Shown piece after piece: positions 20,172 through 28,897 of a DNA stretch of 50,376 nt; position 1 is the first letter of the stretch; every line of letters starts with the position of its first letter. Under the pieces are notes generated by a model that saw only the letters and a list, made by a program, of their open reading frames with translations, was not told the origin of the DNA and ran no database searches. Made by a program: the position numbers and the translations under genes. This stretch comes from a virus (lineage: Duplodnaviria; Caudoviricetes): positions 1 to 50,376 of IMG/VR virus record IMGVR_UViG_3300011398_000007. One strand, 5' to 3'.

Positions 20172-20204
20172 AAAATTGCCCCGCATAGAAATGCAGGGCT
20201 TTTT
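20172..20204. terminator. Probable bidirectional intrinsic terminator where the two gene blocks converge
   Basis: aaaatt-gccccgcat-agaa-atgcagggc-ttttt between convergent genes. Confidence 0.7.
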
Positions 20205-20230
20205 AATCGAAGTTTAACTACCTATGTATA

Positions 20231-20581
20231 TTAGAATGGTGGGTCATCTCCTTCCTCCCACTCCTTCTCTTTTCCAAACTCTTTTCCTAGGGTATAAGCT
20301 ACCATATCAGAGTATTCCTTATCATTAACTGTATCAAATACATGATTACACCTATAACTTGGGCATTGATATAGTACCTTTCCATCAGTATCATGTAAAA
20401 TTACCCTACTAAAACTGGTAGGATTATTTTCATCCCAGGCAAAGTTCTTCTTAGCTATCTCTTTCATCTCTGCTTTCTGCTTATCAGAGAAGACATCCAT
20501 CTTGACTATATGAGCAAACACATCATTGTACTTCCAACTGTACCCACAATGAGGACAGTTTCCTAGTCTATCTAGCACCAT
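20231..20581 (-). CDS. Zn-ribbon-like hypothetical protein with an acidic DDPPF tail
   Basis: CPHC...CPSYRC motifs; ends EEGDDPPF. Confidence 0.65.
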   Translation of the reverse strand: MVLDRLGNCPHCGYSWKYNDVFAHIVKMDVFSDKQKAEMKEIAKKNFAWDENNPTSFSRVILHDTDGKVLYQCPSYRCNHVFDTVNDKEYSDMVAYTLGKEFGKEKEWEEGDDPPF

Positions 20582-20588
20582 AAAATTA

Positions 20589-20837
20589 CTATTTTTTGAT
20601 TATGAAAAATGTTGTTGCAGCTACAATAATGAAGAGAAGATACCAGAAAAAAGGCTTCAGATTGTAAGTAGATTCATGGGTAATATGTACACTCCTATTC
20701 CTATGTATAACGCTATCCTTACCATCAACTGTAGTATGTATTGAGTCTATTGTCACTATAGTAGAATCAGTAGTGCCACCAGGTTTCTTGATGACACTAC
20801 AGCCTATTAGTAACAATATGATGATAAGTATTCTCAT
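20589..20837 (-). CDS. Small lipoprotein with a C-terminal transmembrane helix (possible spanin)
   Basis: Start re-assigned to MRILIIILLLIGC (lipobox LIGC). The C-terminus is FFWYLLFIIVAATTFFIIKK. Confidence 0.6.
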   Translation of the reverse strand: MRILIIILLLIGCSVIKKPGGTTDSTIVTIDSIHTTVDGKDSVIHRNRSVHITHESTYNLKPFFWYLLFIIVAATTFFIIKK

Positions 20838-20856
20838 AGCTTCAAAAGAAAGGGAG

Positions 20857-21171
20857 CTATCGTAGCCTTCCACTATCTGCAAACTTCTGTAGCATAGGGA
20901 GTAAGTCTCTCACTTGCTCCATTGATAGGTGCATCCTGCTCTTAGCAGTCCAGTTACTAGGTAGGTCTACCTCTACATACTTACCTATTGCTTCATCTTC
21001 AGTAATAAGTATCTTTGGGTTATCAACTCCTAACCAGATGAAATCACCTGATGCTCTGCTTGACTTCTGGATAGAGCATAAGCCTCCATTGCTGTCTACA
21101 AAGCTTCCACTAAGGAAACCTCTGCCATTTGGCTCTAATTTAATCATTGTTTTCTGTTTTGTGGTTATCAT
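20857..21171 (-). CDS. Hypothetical phage protein
   Basis: Intact ORF in a tightly packed operon, with a GF...FVD...CSIQKSS...IWLG...RMHL pattern. Confidence 0.65.
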   Translation of the reverse strand: MITTKQKTMIKLEPNGRGFLSGSFVDSNGGLCSIQKSSRASGDFIWLGVDNPKILITEDEAIGKYVEVDLPSNWTAKSRMHLSMEQVRDLLPMLQKFADSGRLR

Positions 21172-21182
21172 AATTATTGGAT

Positions 21183-21548
21183 TTATTGTGTGGGTGTTAT
21201 TGGTTTAGCTCTCCAGTGTGTAGGATTAGGTGTTAAGTAGTTAGTGTCACACTCTACAGTTCTCCATTCATCATGGTCATTACACCACTTAGCCATAAAC
21301 CATATCTTATCATCTTGCATGAAGCATACACATATACCATCAGGGTTAAACTCCTTATCTATCCACTTCTCATGGTAACCAAGTACCTCTAGTGCTGGCT
21401 CTGGCTTCATCTTCTCTGTTAGATACCAGCCATCTATGTTAGCATTAGTTAGTATCTCAAAGTAAAAATCTATCCTTGATTGTTCCTCATCTTCATCTAC
21501 ACTAGCAAGTGTTTCAGCAACCTTCAGGGCATTTATAGTTATAATCAT
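21183..21548 (-). CDS. Hypothetical protein, DUF551-like
   Basis: WY..EKMKPE...W...PTHWRAKP resembles the DUF551 signature. Confidence 0.5.
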   Translation of the reverse strand: MIITINALKVAETLASVDEDEEQSRIDFYFEILTNANIDGWYLTEKMKPEPALEVLGYHEKWIDKEFNPDGICVCFMQDDKIWFMAKWCNDHDEWRTVECDTNYLTPNPTHWRAKPITPTQ

Positions 21549-21571
21549 AGTTTTAAGTTTAAGTTAAAGAT

Positions 21572-21610
21572 AAAAAAAAAGGAGAGTGGCAAGACTACCA
21601 CCCTCTCTCT
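21572..21610 (-). terminator. Intrinsic terminator downstream of dut
   Basis: Minus-strand hairpin (ggagagtgg / ccaccctctc arms on +) followed by a U9 tract. Confidence 0.65.
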
Positions 21611-21652
21611 GTTTTTAAACGTTGCCATAATAAAAATCAAAAGTACACGAAC

Positions 21653-21841
21653 CTAGTTTACAATATCGGTACTGCCATACCCATTCTCTGCTCTTGCAGT
21701 TTCAGGTAGATGGTCAGCTAACTTAAATTCTGCTGTTTCAACCTTAATGATTACTCCCTGTGCTACCTTGTCTCCTTTAGTTATATAGACTATATCCCTA
21801 GAATGGTTAACAAGTATTACTCCTATCTCTCCTCTGTAATC
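21653..21841 (-). CDS. dut: dUTPase exon 2 (DYRGEI...AQG...RAENGYGST)
   Basis: Completes motif 3 (GTIDS|DYRGE) and carries motifs 4 and 5. The spliced product is 173 aa. Confidence 0.92.
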   Translation of the reverse strand, partial: DYRGEIGVILVNHSRDIVYITKGDKVAQGVIIKVETAEFKLADHLPETARAENGYGSTDIVN

Positions 21842-22605
21842 CAATTTTGTTATCGCTAGGCTCTTTATCCTAACGTCTGCATCTTCTTTTGTTATACATG
21901 CAGTTCAGACTATATCATCAACTTTCTTTCTAAGTTGTTGGGCACTCGTGTTAGCTTCATCACTGTTCTAGTGGTATGCTATTAGTCGTTGAACCTTCTA
22001 GGTATCCCTACCTAGCTTGGCTGCTGATTGTCCTCTTCAGGATTTTCCAGCAATTCACCCAATTTAAAGACTCCAATTATTCTACCATTAGAACTATCTC
22101 TTATGATCTCATGCTTGTTATTGTGCAAACTAGTATGTTCAGCTCTACTTAATATCTCTAAGTTAGAAATATCATTATTAAGCTTGTTCTCATCTTTGTG
22201 ATGAACATCATATCCTTCTTTAAGGACTATCCATCCATCTACTTCTTCAAAGAACTTACTGTCAAATAACTTATAGTTTCTTTCTACAACTAGCCTATGC
22301 TTCTTAACTCTAGTACCTTGTACATGTTGGTCATGTGGTCTAGGATGATTAGGACAGTATTCTAACAAATAACCATAATTAGTAAGTGTATCTTCATTTT
22401 TAAATGAAGAATTATTATGTCCTGTTAAACCATATTGATGGTTATTCTCACCTGACATAGTTTCTTCCTTTAATTTATAGGTACACTCTAGGCTACAAGT
22501 TATCTTACCACCTTTTAGTCTCTTAATCCTATAAGGTTTAACTTTAAGTTCTTTGCCACATATTACACAAGCTACTACCATAAGAGTAATCCTTTAATTC
22601 TGTTT
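21842..22605 (-). mobile_element. Self-splicing group I intron (IA-like) in dut, 764 nt
   Basis: Conserved elements on the minus strand: P AAUUGCUGGAAA (~22043-22054), Q AAUCAGCAGCC (~22019-22029), R GUUCAACGACUA (~21983-21994), S GAUAUAGUCU (~21907-21916). The 5' exon ends in U and the intron ends in G (21842). IGS GGAGUC (22069-22074) pairs with exon GACUCU through a U.G pair, and P10 is UAAUU/GAUUA. Confidence 0.93.
22012..22581 (-). CDS. Intron-encoded HNH homing endonuclease
   Basis: N-terminal CxxC...CSxxC, then HRLVVE...VHHKDENKLNNDISNL...H (HNH motif). Confidence 0.88.
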   Translation of the reverse strand: MVVACVICGKELKVKPYRIKRLKGGKITCSLECTYKLKEETMSGENNHQYGLTGHNNSSFKNEDTLTNYGYLLEYCPNHPRPHDQHVQGTRVKKHRLVVERNYKLFDSKFFEEVDGWIVLKEGYDVHHKDENKLNNDISNLEILSRAEHTSLHNNKHEIIRDSSNGRIIGVFKLGELLENPEEDNQQPS

Positions 22606-22938
22606 AGAGTCTATAGTCCCAGGACTATTTAATACTGCTATCCCTTTAAGTAAGGCTAAGCCACTCCTAGGTCTTATATCCATTGCATACCCACAAGGTA
22701 TAGCTATCTTAAAGCCACACATTATAAGTAATCTTGAACCCGGGAACATATACATAGTCTGTATCTCTTCTCCATCTCTAGGTATATTAGGGTCAGTTGT
22801 AAAGTCTCTTGGAGTTGCATTACCATCCTGATAATATGTCTTGAAACTGTCTACTCTTAGGTCAAAGCCTGCACTTCCATCTGTAGCATACTTAGGGATA
22901 TGTACCCCATCATGCTTCCTTTTAAACTTTATTTCCAT
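22606..22938 (-). CDS. dut: dUTPase exon 1
   Basis: Motifs AGFDL, PRSGLA and NSPGTIDS. Confidence 0.92.
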
Positions 22939-23272
22939 AGTGGTACTCTATTTGTTTAGTTATGTAATCTTGCATATCCACTACTTTCTGTGTACGCATC
23001 TCCTCTGGTTCTATCCACCAAGGAGAGTTTTGCCAGAACTTAAGTAGTATCTCTTTAGGTAAGTCAGTAGCCTTCTCTATCTTCTTTTCTCCATGCATCT
23101 CTAGTACTAGCATCTCATTTTCTGTGAAGGCATCTATCCTTACATTAGGCTTATCTGATAGATGCTTTATAGCATCAAAAAGAGCTGTACCTTCTACCCA
23201 TTGTAGGAAGGTGTCAAACTCTGTGTGCCTCACATTATTAAGTGGACTTGCTTTTAAGATTGTTGTTTTCAT
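22922..23272 (-). CDS. Hypothetical protein
   Basis: 116-aa ORF overlapping the dut start. Confidence 0.6.
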   Translation of the reverse strand: MKTTILKASPLNNVRHTEFDTFLQWVEGTALFDAIKHLSDKPNVRIDAFTENEMLVLEMHGEKKIEKATDLPKEILLKFWQNSPWWIEPEEMRTQKVVDMQDYITKQIEYHYGNKV

Positions 23273-23346
23273 TGTCTATTAGCTCCTGTAGTTTAAATAA
23301 CATTTGGACATAAAGGATATTCCAGCCTGTAAGTAGTTCTATCAAG

Positions 23347-23385
23347 CTAGCATTTTGACTCTCCACATGGACTATTATATTTTCT
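23347..23385 (-). pseudogene. Relic duplicate of the nrdJ 3' end (RKYNSPCGESKC*)
   Basis: Aligns with the current NrdJ terminus RKCSSCGHSAC*. Confidence 0.5.
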
Positions 23386-23391
23386 TCTGGT

Positions 23392-23934
23392 TTATCCATT
23401 GTACTGTGCTATTATTTTACACATCTTGATGAATGATTCTTGACTCATAGACCCTCTAGCCATATTAACATCTTTATGTACCCATTGCACATTCCCTCTT
23501 ACATATCCTAGGCTATTATCTATCCTGTCAAGTGAAGCTGTAGATTTATGTATCTCTTTGTATCTTTCAAATTTAAGAGGTACTCCTGATATTGCACATT
23601 TACCATCCTGCTTAGAAAATAGTTCTTCTAGATACTTCACATCTATACTACATTCAAATCCATTATTACTAGCTCTTTCCTGTACCTTCCATTTGAAATA
23701 TCTAGCTATATAGGTATCCTCATTGAATACTGTTTTGGCACATGACATACAAGCTTTAGTTTTACCATTTACTAGTGTATAAGCTCCTCTAAATGTTTCA
23801 GCACCACAAGAACATCTAACATGCCAGTACATATTCCTGTCTTTACTACTATTAACTTTTGTCCTATCAGAGATAACAGTCCACTGCCCGTAGATAGCCC
23901 CAATTACGGGGCTATGTTTTATATTGTTATTCAT
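23392..23934 (-). CDS. Free-standing HNH homing endonuclease
   Basis: W...CSCG...CxxC N-terminal domain, then CAISG...SLDRIDNSLGY..GNVQWVH..VN. Confidence 0.82.
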   Translation of the reverse strand: MNNNIKHSPVIGAIYGQWTVISDRTKVNSSKDRNMYWHVRCSCGAETFRGAYTLVNGKTKACMSCAKTVFNEDTYIARYFKWKVQERASNNGFECSIDVKYLEELFSKQDGKCAISGVPLKFERYKEIHKSTASLDRIDNSLGYVRGNVQWVHKDVNMARGSMSQESFIKMCKIIAQYNG

Positions 23935-23947
23935 AACCTATAGTTTT

Positions 23948-26596
23948 CTAACAAGCAGAGTGCCCACAGGAACTACATTTTCTGCATCCTTCCTGATATA
24001 CAATAGTAGCTTGTCCACATTTGGGGCATTTTTCTCCTGTTGTTCCATCTGGTATATATTGTTTAAGTACTCTTGTTATTGCCTTACCAAAGGAGACTAC
24101 TCCCACATTAGCCTTCTCTACTTGGTCTATTATGTACCTAGGATTCATCCCATGTCTTAACATACCTGAAGTAAACCTAGTTAGAACCTGTATATCTGTA
24201 GGTGCTTGTGATACTTCTAAGTGGTCTATAGTATATCTGTTAGAATTGAACTTATAATGACTACCATTTATCTTAGTAACTTCCCCTGTAGTATTCTCAT
24301 AGTGAATAGGAGCAGGGAAAGCAAATATCTCATATGGTTTATCATTCAATAATCCTACTACCACACCATAGTTATGACCTTCTGACATTACAGGCCAATA
24401 GTTAGCCTTCAAGCTACTTGGTCTCTTTATTGAATCAGTATATCCAAATTCATCTACCTGTGCTACTGGCTCACTAATCAGTACTCCACTTCTACTCCCT
24501 TCTCTATATACAGTAACTCCCTTGAGACCATTCTTCCAAGCCATGTCATATATATCTTTAACTACATTTTGTCCTACTTTAGTAGGTAGATTAATAGTAG
24601 AGCTTATAGCATTAGAGGTATAGTCTTGTATTACAGCCTGTAATCTTATCCTAGCTTCCCAGCTTACATCTTCTGCCTGACTCATGAACCAAGGTGACTT
24701 AGCAAATGCTGTGACTAAATCTTCTTTTCTAGTAATTAGAGCTGGCTCAGGATAGCGTATCTCTAACCACTCTTTGAACTTAGGGTGTAACACAGCATAC
24801 TCCTGCCAACTATCTCCATTCTGGTCTGTAAAGTCTATCCTTGCTCCTTCTTCATTAGCATTGATCTTCTTCCTTCTTATATAGAAAGCTTTAAACAAAG
24901 GCTCAAGTCCACCTGTAGTCTGTGTCATCAATGATACTGTACCTGTAGGAGCAACTGTACTCCAGCTTACATTCCTTCTTCCAAAGTTAGCCATTCTCTG
25001 AGCTACATCTGGAAACTTAGCTACTATAAACTCATAGAATTTATTCTGCCCAAACATATTGTTATCTTCATCTACACTAAACTCCTTAGTCCTATCCCAT
25101 CCTACAAATGTTCCCCTAAGTAGAGCTAAATCTACACTAGCATCTAACTCTGCTTCCATCTTAGTTTTCATCACAAGCTCTACCATCTCTAAAGCATCAT
25201 CACTACCATACTTCATATTTAATGCAGCTAACATATCTCCTAAAGCAGTAAAGCCACTACCTGTCCTCCTACCATTCTTAGCTAATTCCCTTATATTCTG
25301 CCATAGATTTATCTCTGTTATCTTAATATCCAATGGCTCAGGGTCTCTATCTAGCTTATTCAATATCCTATCTATGTACTCTACTTCTAGGTCAACTAGG
25401 TCATCGCCTAATCTCTGCTGCATATAAAAAGTCTCATACATAAGGTTGAAATCTATGTATGAGTCTTCAGTAAAAGGTAACTTAACAAAGCTAAATAGAT
25501 TAGTAGCTATAAGCCTACATGTATCATTCCTATGAAACCATTGTTCTCCACAAGGATTGCAAAGCTCTGGTTCATACTGTTCATATACTCCATCAGGAGC
25601 ATAGCTTGTAATCCTATCTATGAAGGCTACACCTGGCTCTCCATTCTTCCATGCCATCTCTGCTATCAAGTCGAATAACTCTCTGGCATGTATCTTCATC
25701 ACATGAGTAACATATCCATCTTTACCTACTGCACATGATACTATATTATTATACCCATCTATGATACCTTCCTTAGTCTTCTCTCTGTAGTCAGAGAATC
25801 TGTTCAGGTCATCATCTATTGGAAACCTACAATGAAAGTCTCCATTGTTCTTGACAGCTTCCATGAACTCATCTGTTAGCATCACACTCACATTAGCTCC
25901 TGTAACCTTAGTCTTATCATCCTTCATGGTTACAAACTTAAATATATCAGGATGCTTACAAGACAGGAGTAACATGAGAGCACCTCTTCTGCCTTCCTGG
26001 GCAACCTCTCTTGTAGTGTTAGAGAACCTCTCTGCAAATGAGGTTACTCCTGTTGATGATCTTGCAGCATTGGATACTGGAGCTTTATAAGGTCGTAAGT
26101 TATTAAGATGAGTACCTACCCCACCTCTTCTTTTCTCTAGATGGGCTATATGTTCATCAGTTCTCATTATACCTGCATAGCTATCCATAGGTGGAGCTAT
26201 ACCAAAGCAATTAGAGAGAGACCCAAATACATACTTGTTCCCCAAGTTAGCCATTATACTACCTTGAGGAACTATATACTTGAACTTGTCAAAGTAAGAA
26301 AAGAGTTCATCTTGTATCTCCTGCAAAGATTGATGAACTCTTTTACTATGTAACTCTAACCCAAACTCAGACAACTGATTTATGTATAATTGGGAACAAT
26401 TCTTCTCCTTATCTTGGTAACTCACCTCTATCCTTGCAAACTCTCTGGCTAGCCTTCTGTGCATATCAGCTGGTGTCTCTTCTTCTAATTCACCCTTATC
26501 ATTTCTGATTGCATACTTATCTTTCCAAACATCCGCCGCCATTAAATCATGGCTAAAGTACTCTAGCAAATTGCTAGGCAAGTTGTTAGTTGTCAT
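23948..26596 (-). CDS. nrdJ: Class II (adenosylcobalamin-dependent) ribonucleotide reductase
   Basis: SNC, GRRGALM, NPCGEQ, TVAPTGT, GLKGVTVYR motifs and a C-terminal CPKC...CSSC..C. No beta subunit is present nearby. Confidence 0.92.
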   Translation of the reverse strand: MTTNNLPSNLLEYFSHDLMAADVWKDKYAIRNDKGELEEETPADMHRRLAREFARIEVSYQDKEKNCSQLYINQLSEFGLELHSKRVHQSLQEIQDELFSYFDKFKYIVPQGSIMANLGNKYVFGSLSNCFGIAPPMDSYAGIMRTDEHIAHLEKRRGGVGTHLNNLRPYKAPVSNAARSSTGVTSFAERFSNTTREVAQEGRRGALMLLLSCKHPDIFKFVTMKDDKTKVTGANVSVMLTDEFMEAVKNNGDFHCRFPIDDDLNRFSDYREKTKEGIIDGYNNIVSCAVGKDGYVTHVMKIHARELFDLIAEMAWKNGEPGVAFIDRITSYAPDGVYEQYEPELCNPCGEQWFHRNDTCRLIATNLFSFVKLPFTEDSYIDFNLMYETFYMQQRLGDDLVDLEVEYIDRILNKLDRDPEPLDIKITEINLWQNIRELAKNGRRTGSGFTALGDMLAALNMKYGSDDALEMVELVMKTKMEAELDASVDLALLRGTFVGWDRTKEFSVDEDNNMFGQNKFYEFIVAKFPDVAQRMANFGRRNVSWSTVAPTGTVSLMTQTTGGLEPLFKAFYIRRKKINANEEGARIDFTDQNGDSWQEYAVLHPKFKEWLEIRYPEPALITRKEDLVTAFAKSPWFMSQAEDVSWEARIRLQAVIQDYTSNAISSTINLPTKVGQNVVKDIYDMAWKNGLKGVTVYREGSRSGVLISEPVAQVDEFGYTDSIKRPSSLKANYWPVMSEGHNYGVVVGLLNDKPYEIFAFPAPIHYENTTGEVTKINGSHYKFNSNRYTIDHLEVSQAPTDIQVLTRFTSGMLRHGMNPRYIIDQVEKANVGVVSFGKAITRVLKQYIPDGTTGEKCPKCGQATIVYQEGCRKCSSCGHSAC

Positions 26597-26692
26597 AGAA
26601 AATGAGGTTTTAAAAAAACAGGAAGGAAAATAAAGGTAAGAAATTCTAAATCAAGAAGTTAGAAGGTGGATAAGTTTATCTCGATGCAGGAT

Positions 26693-26708
26693 TTCAGATT
26701 AATCTGAA
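26693..26708. promoter_or_regulatory. Perfect 16-bp palindrome upstream of nrdJ
   Basis: ttcagattaatctgaa. Confidence 0.4.
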
Positions 26709-26972
26709 CTAGCTTCTTCTACTAATCATCCTAGTCCTTGCATTTCTGTATATTGTATCCCTATCTTTCTTGTCTAAATCTTCCCTTCTTAGTTCCTTAT
26801 TGTACATGGTGTAAATATATAGGTTTTCTGCTAGTGTAATTAGTCCTACACCTATGATAGCATTAGCATCTATAATATTATCTATTACTCTTTCTACTGT
26901 GAGACCCCTCTCTATCATTAGAGAGAGGAGTTCATCATCAGTTAGTTCCGGCTTCTTGGTTTCTTTCTTCAT
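26709..26972 (-). CDS. Hypothetical protein
   Basis: 87-aa ORF whose start overlaps the stop of the upstream gene. Confidence 0.6.
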   Translation of the reverse strand: MKKETKKPELTDDELLSLMIERGLTVERVIDNIIDANAIIGVGLITLAENLYIYTMYNKELRREDLDKKDRDTIYRNARTRMISRRS

Positions 26973-27946
26973 TATGTGTATTGTTTAACTCCTTGTTCTC
27001 CCTTATTGGGCTTCTGTCTGTGGCAAGTAGTAGGTTTAATTGGTATTACTACTCCTACTAGTTCTCCCTTAGTTCTGGTTGTAACCTGTCCATTATCTTT
27101 CTTTGCTATTAGTTCTGCATTCTCTGGCCTCACCCATACTAATCTTTTAAAGCCAGCTCTACTCCAGTTCTCAAGTATATAGTTCAGATTGAAAGCTCTA
27201 GGTCTATAATCAGATGGTATCTTAGGTACATACCTATAAGTAAGCATCCTCTTTGACCTCTTAGCTTCCTTTCTATTTGAAGCTGTAAAGTCTCTCTTCT
27301 GTTCTATCTTAGCTACAAGCTGTTCCTTGTCTAGCATAACAAAGTAAGTATTAATAATAAGTACAGATAGTATCTGTGCCTTTACTATTGATTGTAGGTA
27401 AGCTTCTACTATAGCCTGATTGTACTCATGTGTACCTCTCTTAAATTCAGGATGCTCTTCTTCTACTGTAGCAGCAAAGCTTTGTAAGTGTCCATCAAGT
27501 CTATCTGTCTCTAGTTCAGCATCTAAATGATCTAGTGCAAGTGCATGATTATAGCTACCATCTTCTATCATGTAACTTATATTACTTTTAATTATAGCTT
27601 TACATAGTAACTCAAGCTGGCTAACATTGGTAGAACTAGGATTAGAAATGTAGATACTAATTATACAGGTATCATCATCTATGAACTCAAATGGATATAC
27701 ACTTACATTCTTAAAGTCACTCCTATGTGTAACAAACACTACTCCTTTATTTAAGAATCTAATAAATCCTCTCTCACTTAACTTCCTCATCATTTCTCTT
27801 AGATCAATCTGTATGCCTCCAACTAGACTTGCTGGACTTGATTTTTTACCTGCTGCCCACTCTATCATTTTTACCTGCTCTTCTCCGCTTATTTGGATTA
27901 CATCCCTTTCCTTGTATTTATTGTATAAAAAACTTAACTCATTCAT
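26972..27946 (-). CDS. Hypothetical protein with a basic C-terminal region
   Basis: 324-aa ORF coupled to its neighbours. Confidence 0.7.
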   Translation of the reverse strand: MNELSFLYNKYKERDVIQISGEEQVKMIEWAAGKKSSPASLVGGIQIDLREMMRKLSERGFIRFLNKGVVFVTHRSDFKNVSVYPFEFIDDDTCIISIYISNPSSTNVSQLELLCKAIIKSNISYMIEDGSYNHALALDHLDAELETDRLDGHLQSFAATVEEEHPEFKRGTHEYNQAIVEAYLQSIVKAQILSVLIINTYFVMLDKEQLVAKIEQKRDFTASNRKEAKRSKRMLTYRYVPKIPSDYRPRAFNLNYILENWSRAGFKRLVWVRPENAELIAKKDNGQVTTRTKGELVGVVIPIKPTTCHRQKPNKGEQGVKQYT

Positions 27947-28260
27947 AATGTCTCCTTTTTAAGTATGTTATTTACTTCTGTAATAGCACTATTTTCTACT
28001 AGGAAGCGTTTCAGTAATATTAGCTTTCCTTTTAAGATTGAAATATCTTCCTTTAGTATTCCTCTTTCTGCTTCATCATTTTTACTAGATTTCATTACCT
28101 CTTCTAGCCTTCTTTTCGTCTCTTCTTCAGAGTTACTTAATGCCATTATTATTGTACTACGTATCATAACATTGAGTAAGTCTTTACTTGGTAGAAAATC
28201 AAGTGATTTGATGATTAGATTAAAATCATCTTCTGTTAAGTTCACTTCTTGTATGTTCAT
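27943..28260 (-). CDS. Hypothetical coiled-coil protein
   Basis: 105 aa, with ATGA overlaps to neighbouring genes. Confidence 0.6.
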   Translation of the reverse strand: MNIQEVNLTEDDFNLIIKSLDFLPSKDLLNVMIRSTIIMALSNSEEETKRRLEEVMKSSKNDEAERGILKEDISILKGKLILLKRFLVENSAITEVNNILKKETL

Positions 28261-28895
28261 TCTTCTTGTTTTTTATCTCTCTTGAGATGGTGGTCAAATA
28301 TCTCTAGTTCTTCCCTAGGCGGGAGATCTAGCTCTCCTTCATAATCAGTAGCAGCTATGTTAGTACCATATATCCTGTTCAACTTCTCTGTGAACTGAAA
28401 TACATAGTTCCTATCTTTGACTACTACTTTAAGTATATCAGGATGCTTATCAAAGAACTTTCTTATCTGTACATCAGTGTACATCTTACTATACCCACCC
28501 ACATTAAACTCATCTAAAGCCCCATATAATTCCTCTGGGAACTTGATGATTATCATGTGTAATGTGGACTTCTGTAAATTCCCATAAGGATAATCATCCT
28601 CATAGCAGCCCTGTGTTCTTATCCATACAATGAACTCTAAGAAGTGAGCAGTAGCTATAGCTGTATCTATTAGGATAAAGATATGCTTCTCATGTACTTT
28701 ACCTGCATTCCTACATATCATGTCTCCTATGCCTACAGCTACCTTAAATACAGTATTCATCATGTTAGTAAATCTAGGCCCATAAACCTTCAATGCAGGT
28801 AGCAAATACTTCTTGGTCTTGTTCTTGTATGGATAGATAATAGCTTTCTGGTTTGTTACTTCTGTTAGCACTATCTTCCCTATTTGAATTTTCAT
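28257..28895 (-). CDS. Hypothetical phage protein
   Basis: 212-aa intact ORF in the operon. Confidence 0.7.
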   Translation of the reverse strand: MKIQIGKIVLTEVTNQKAIIYPYKNKTKKYLLPALKVYGPRFTNMMNTVFKVAVGIGDMICRNAGKVHEKHIFILIDTAIATAHFLEFIVWIRTQGCYEDDYPYGNLQKSTLHMIIIKFPEELYGALDEFNVGGYSKMYTDVQIRKFFDKHPDILKVVVKDRNYVFQFTEKLNRIYGTNIAATDYEGELDLPPREELEIFDHHLKRDKKQEE

Positions 28896-28897
28896 TA

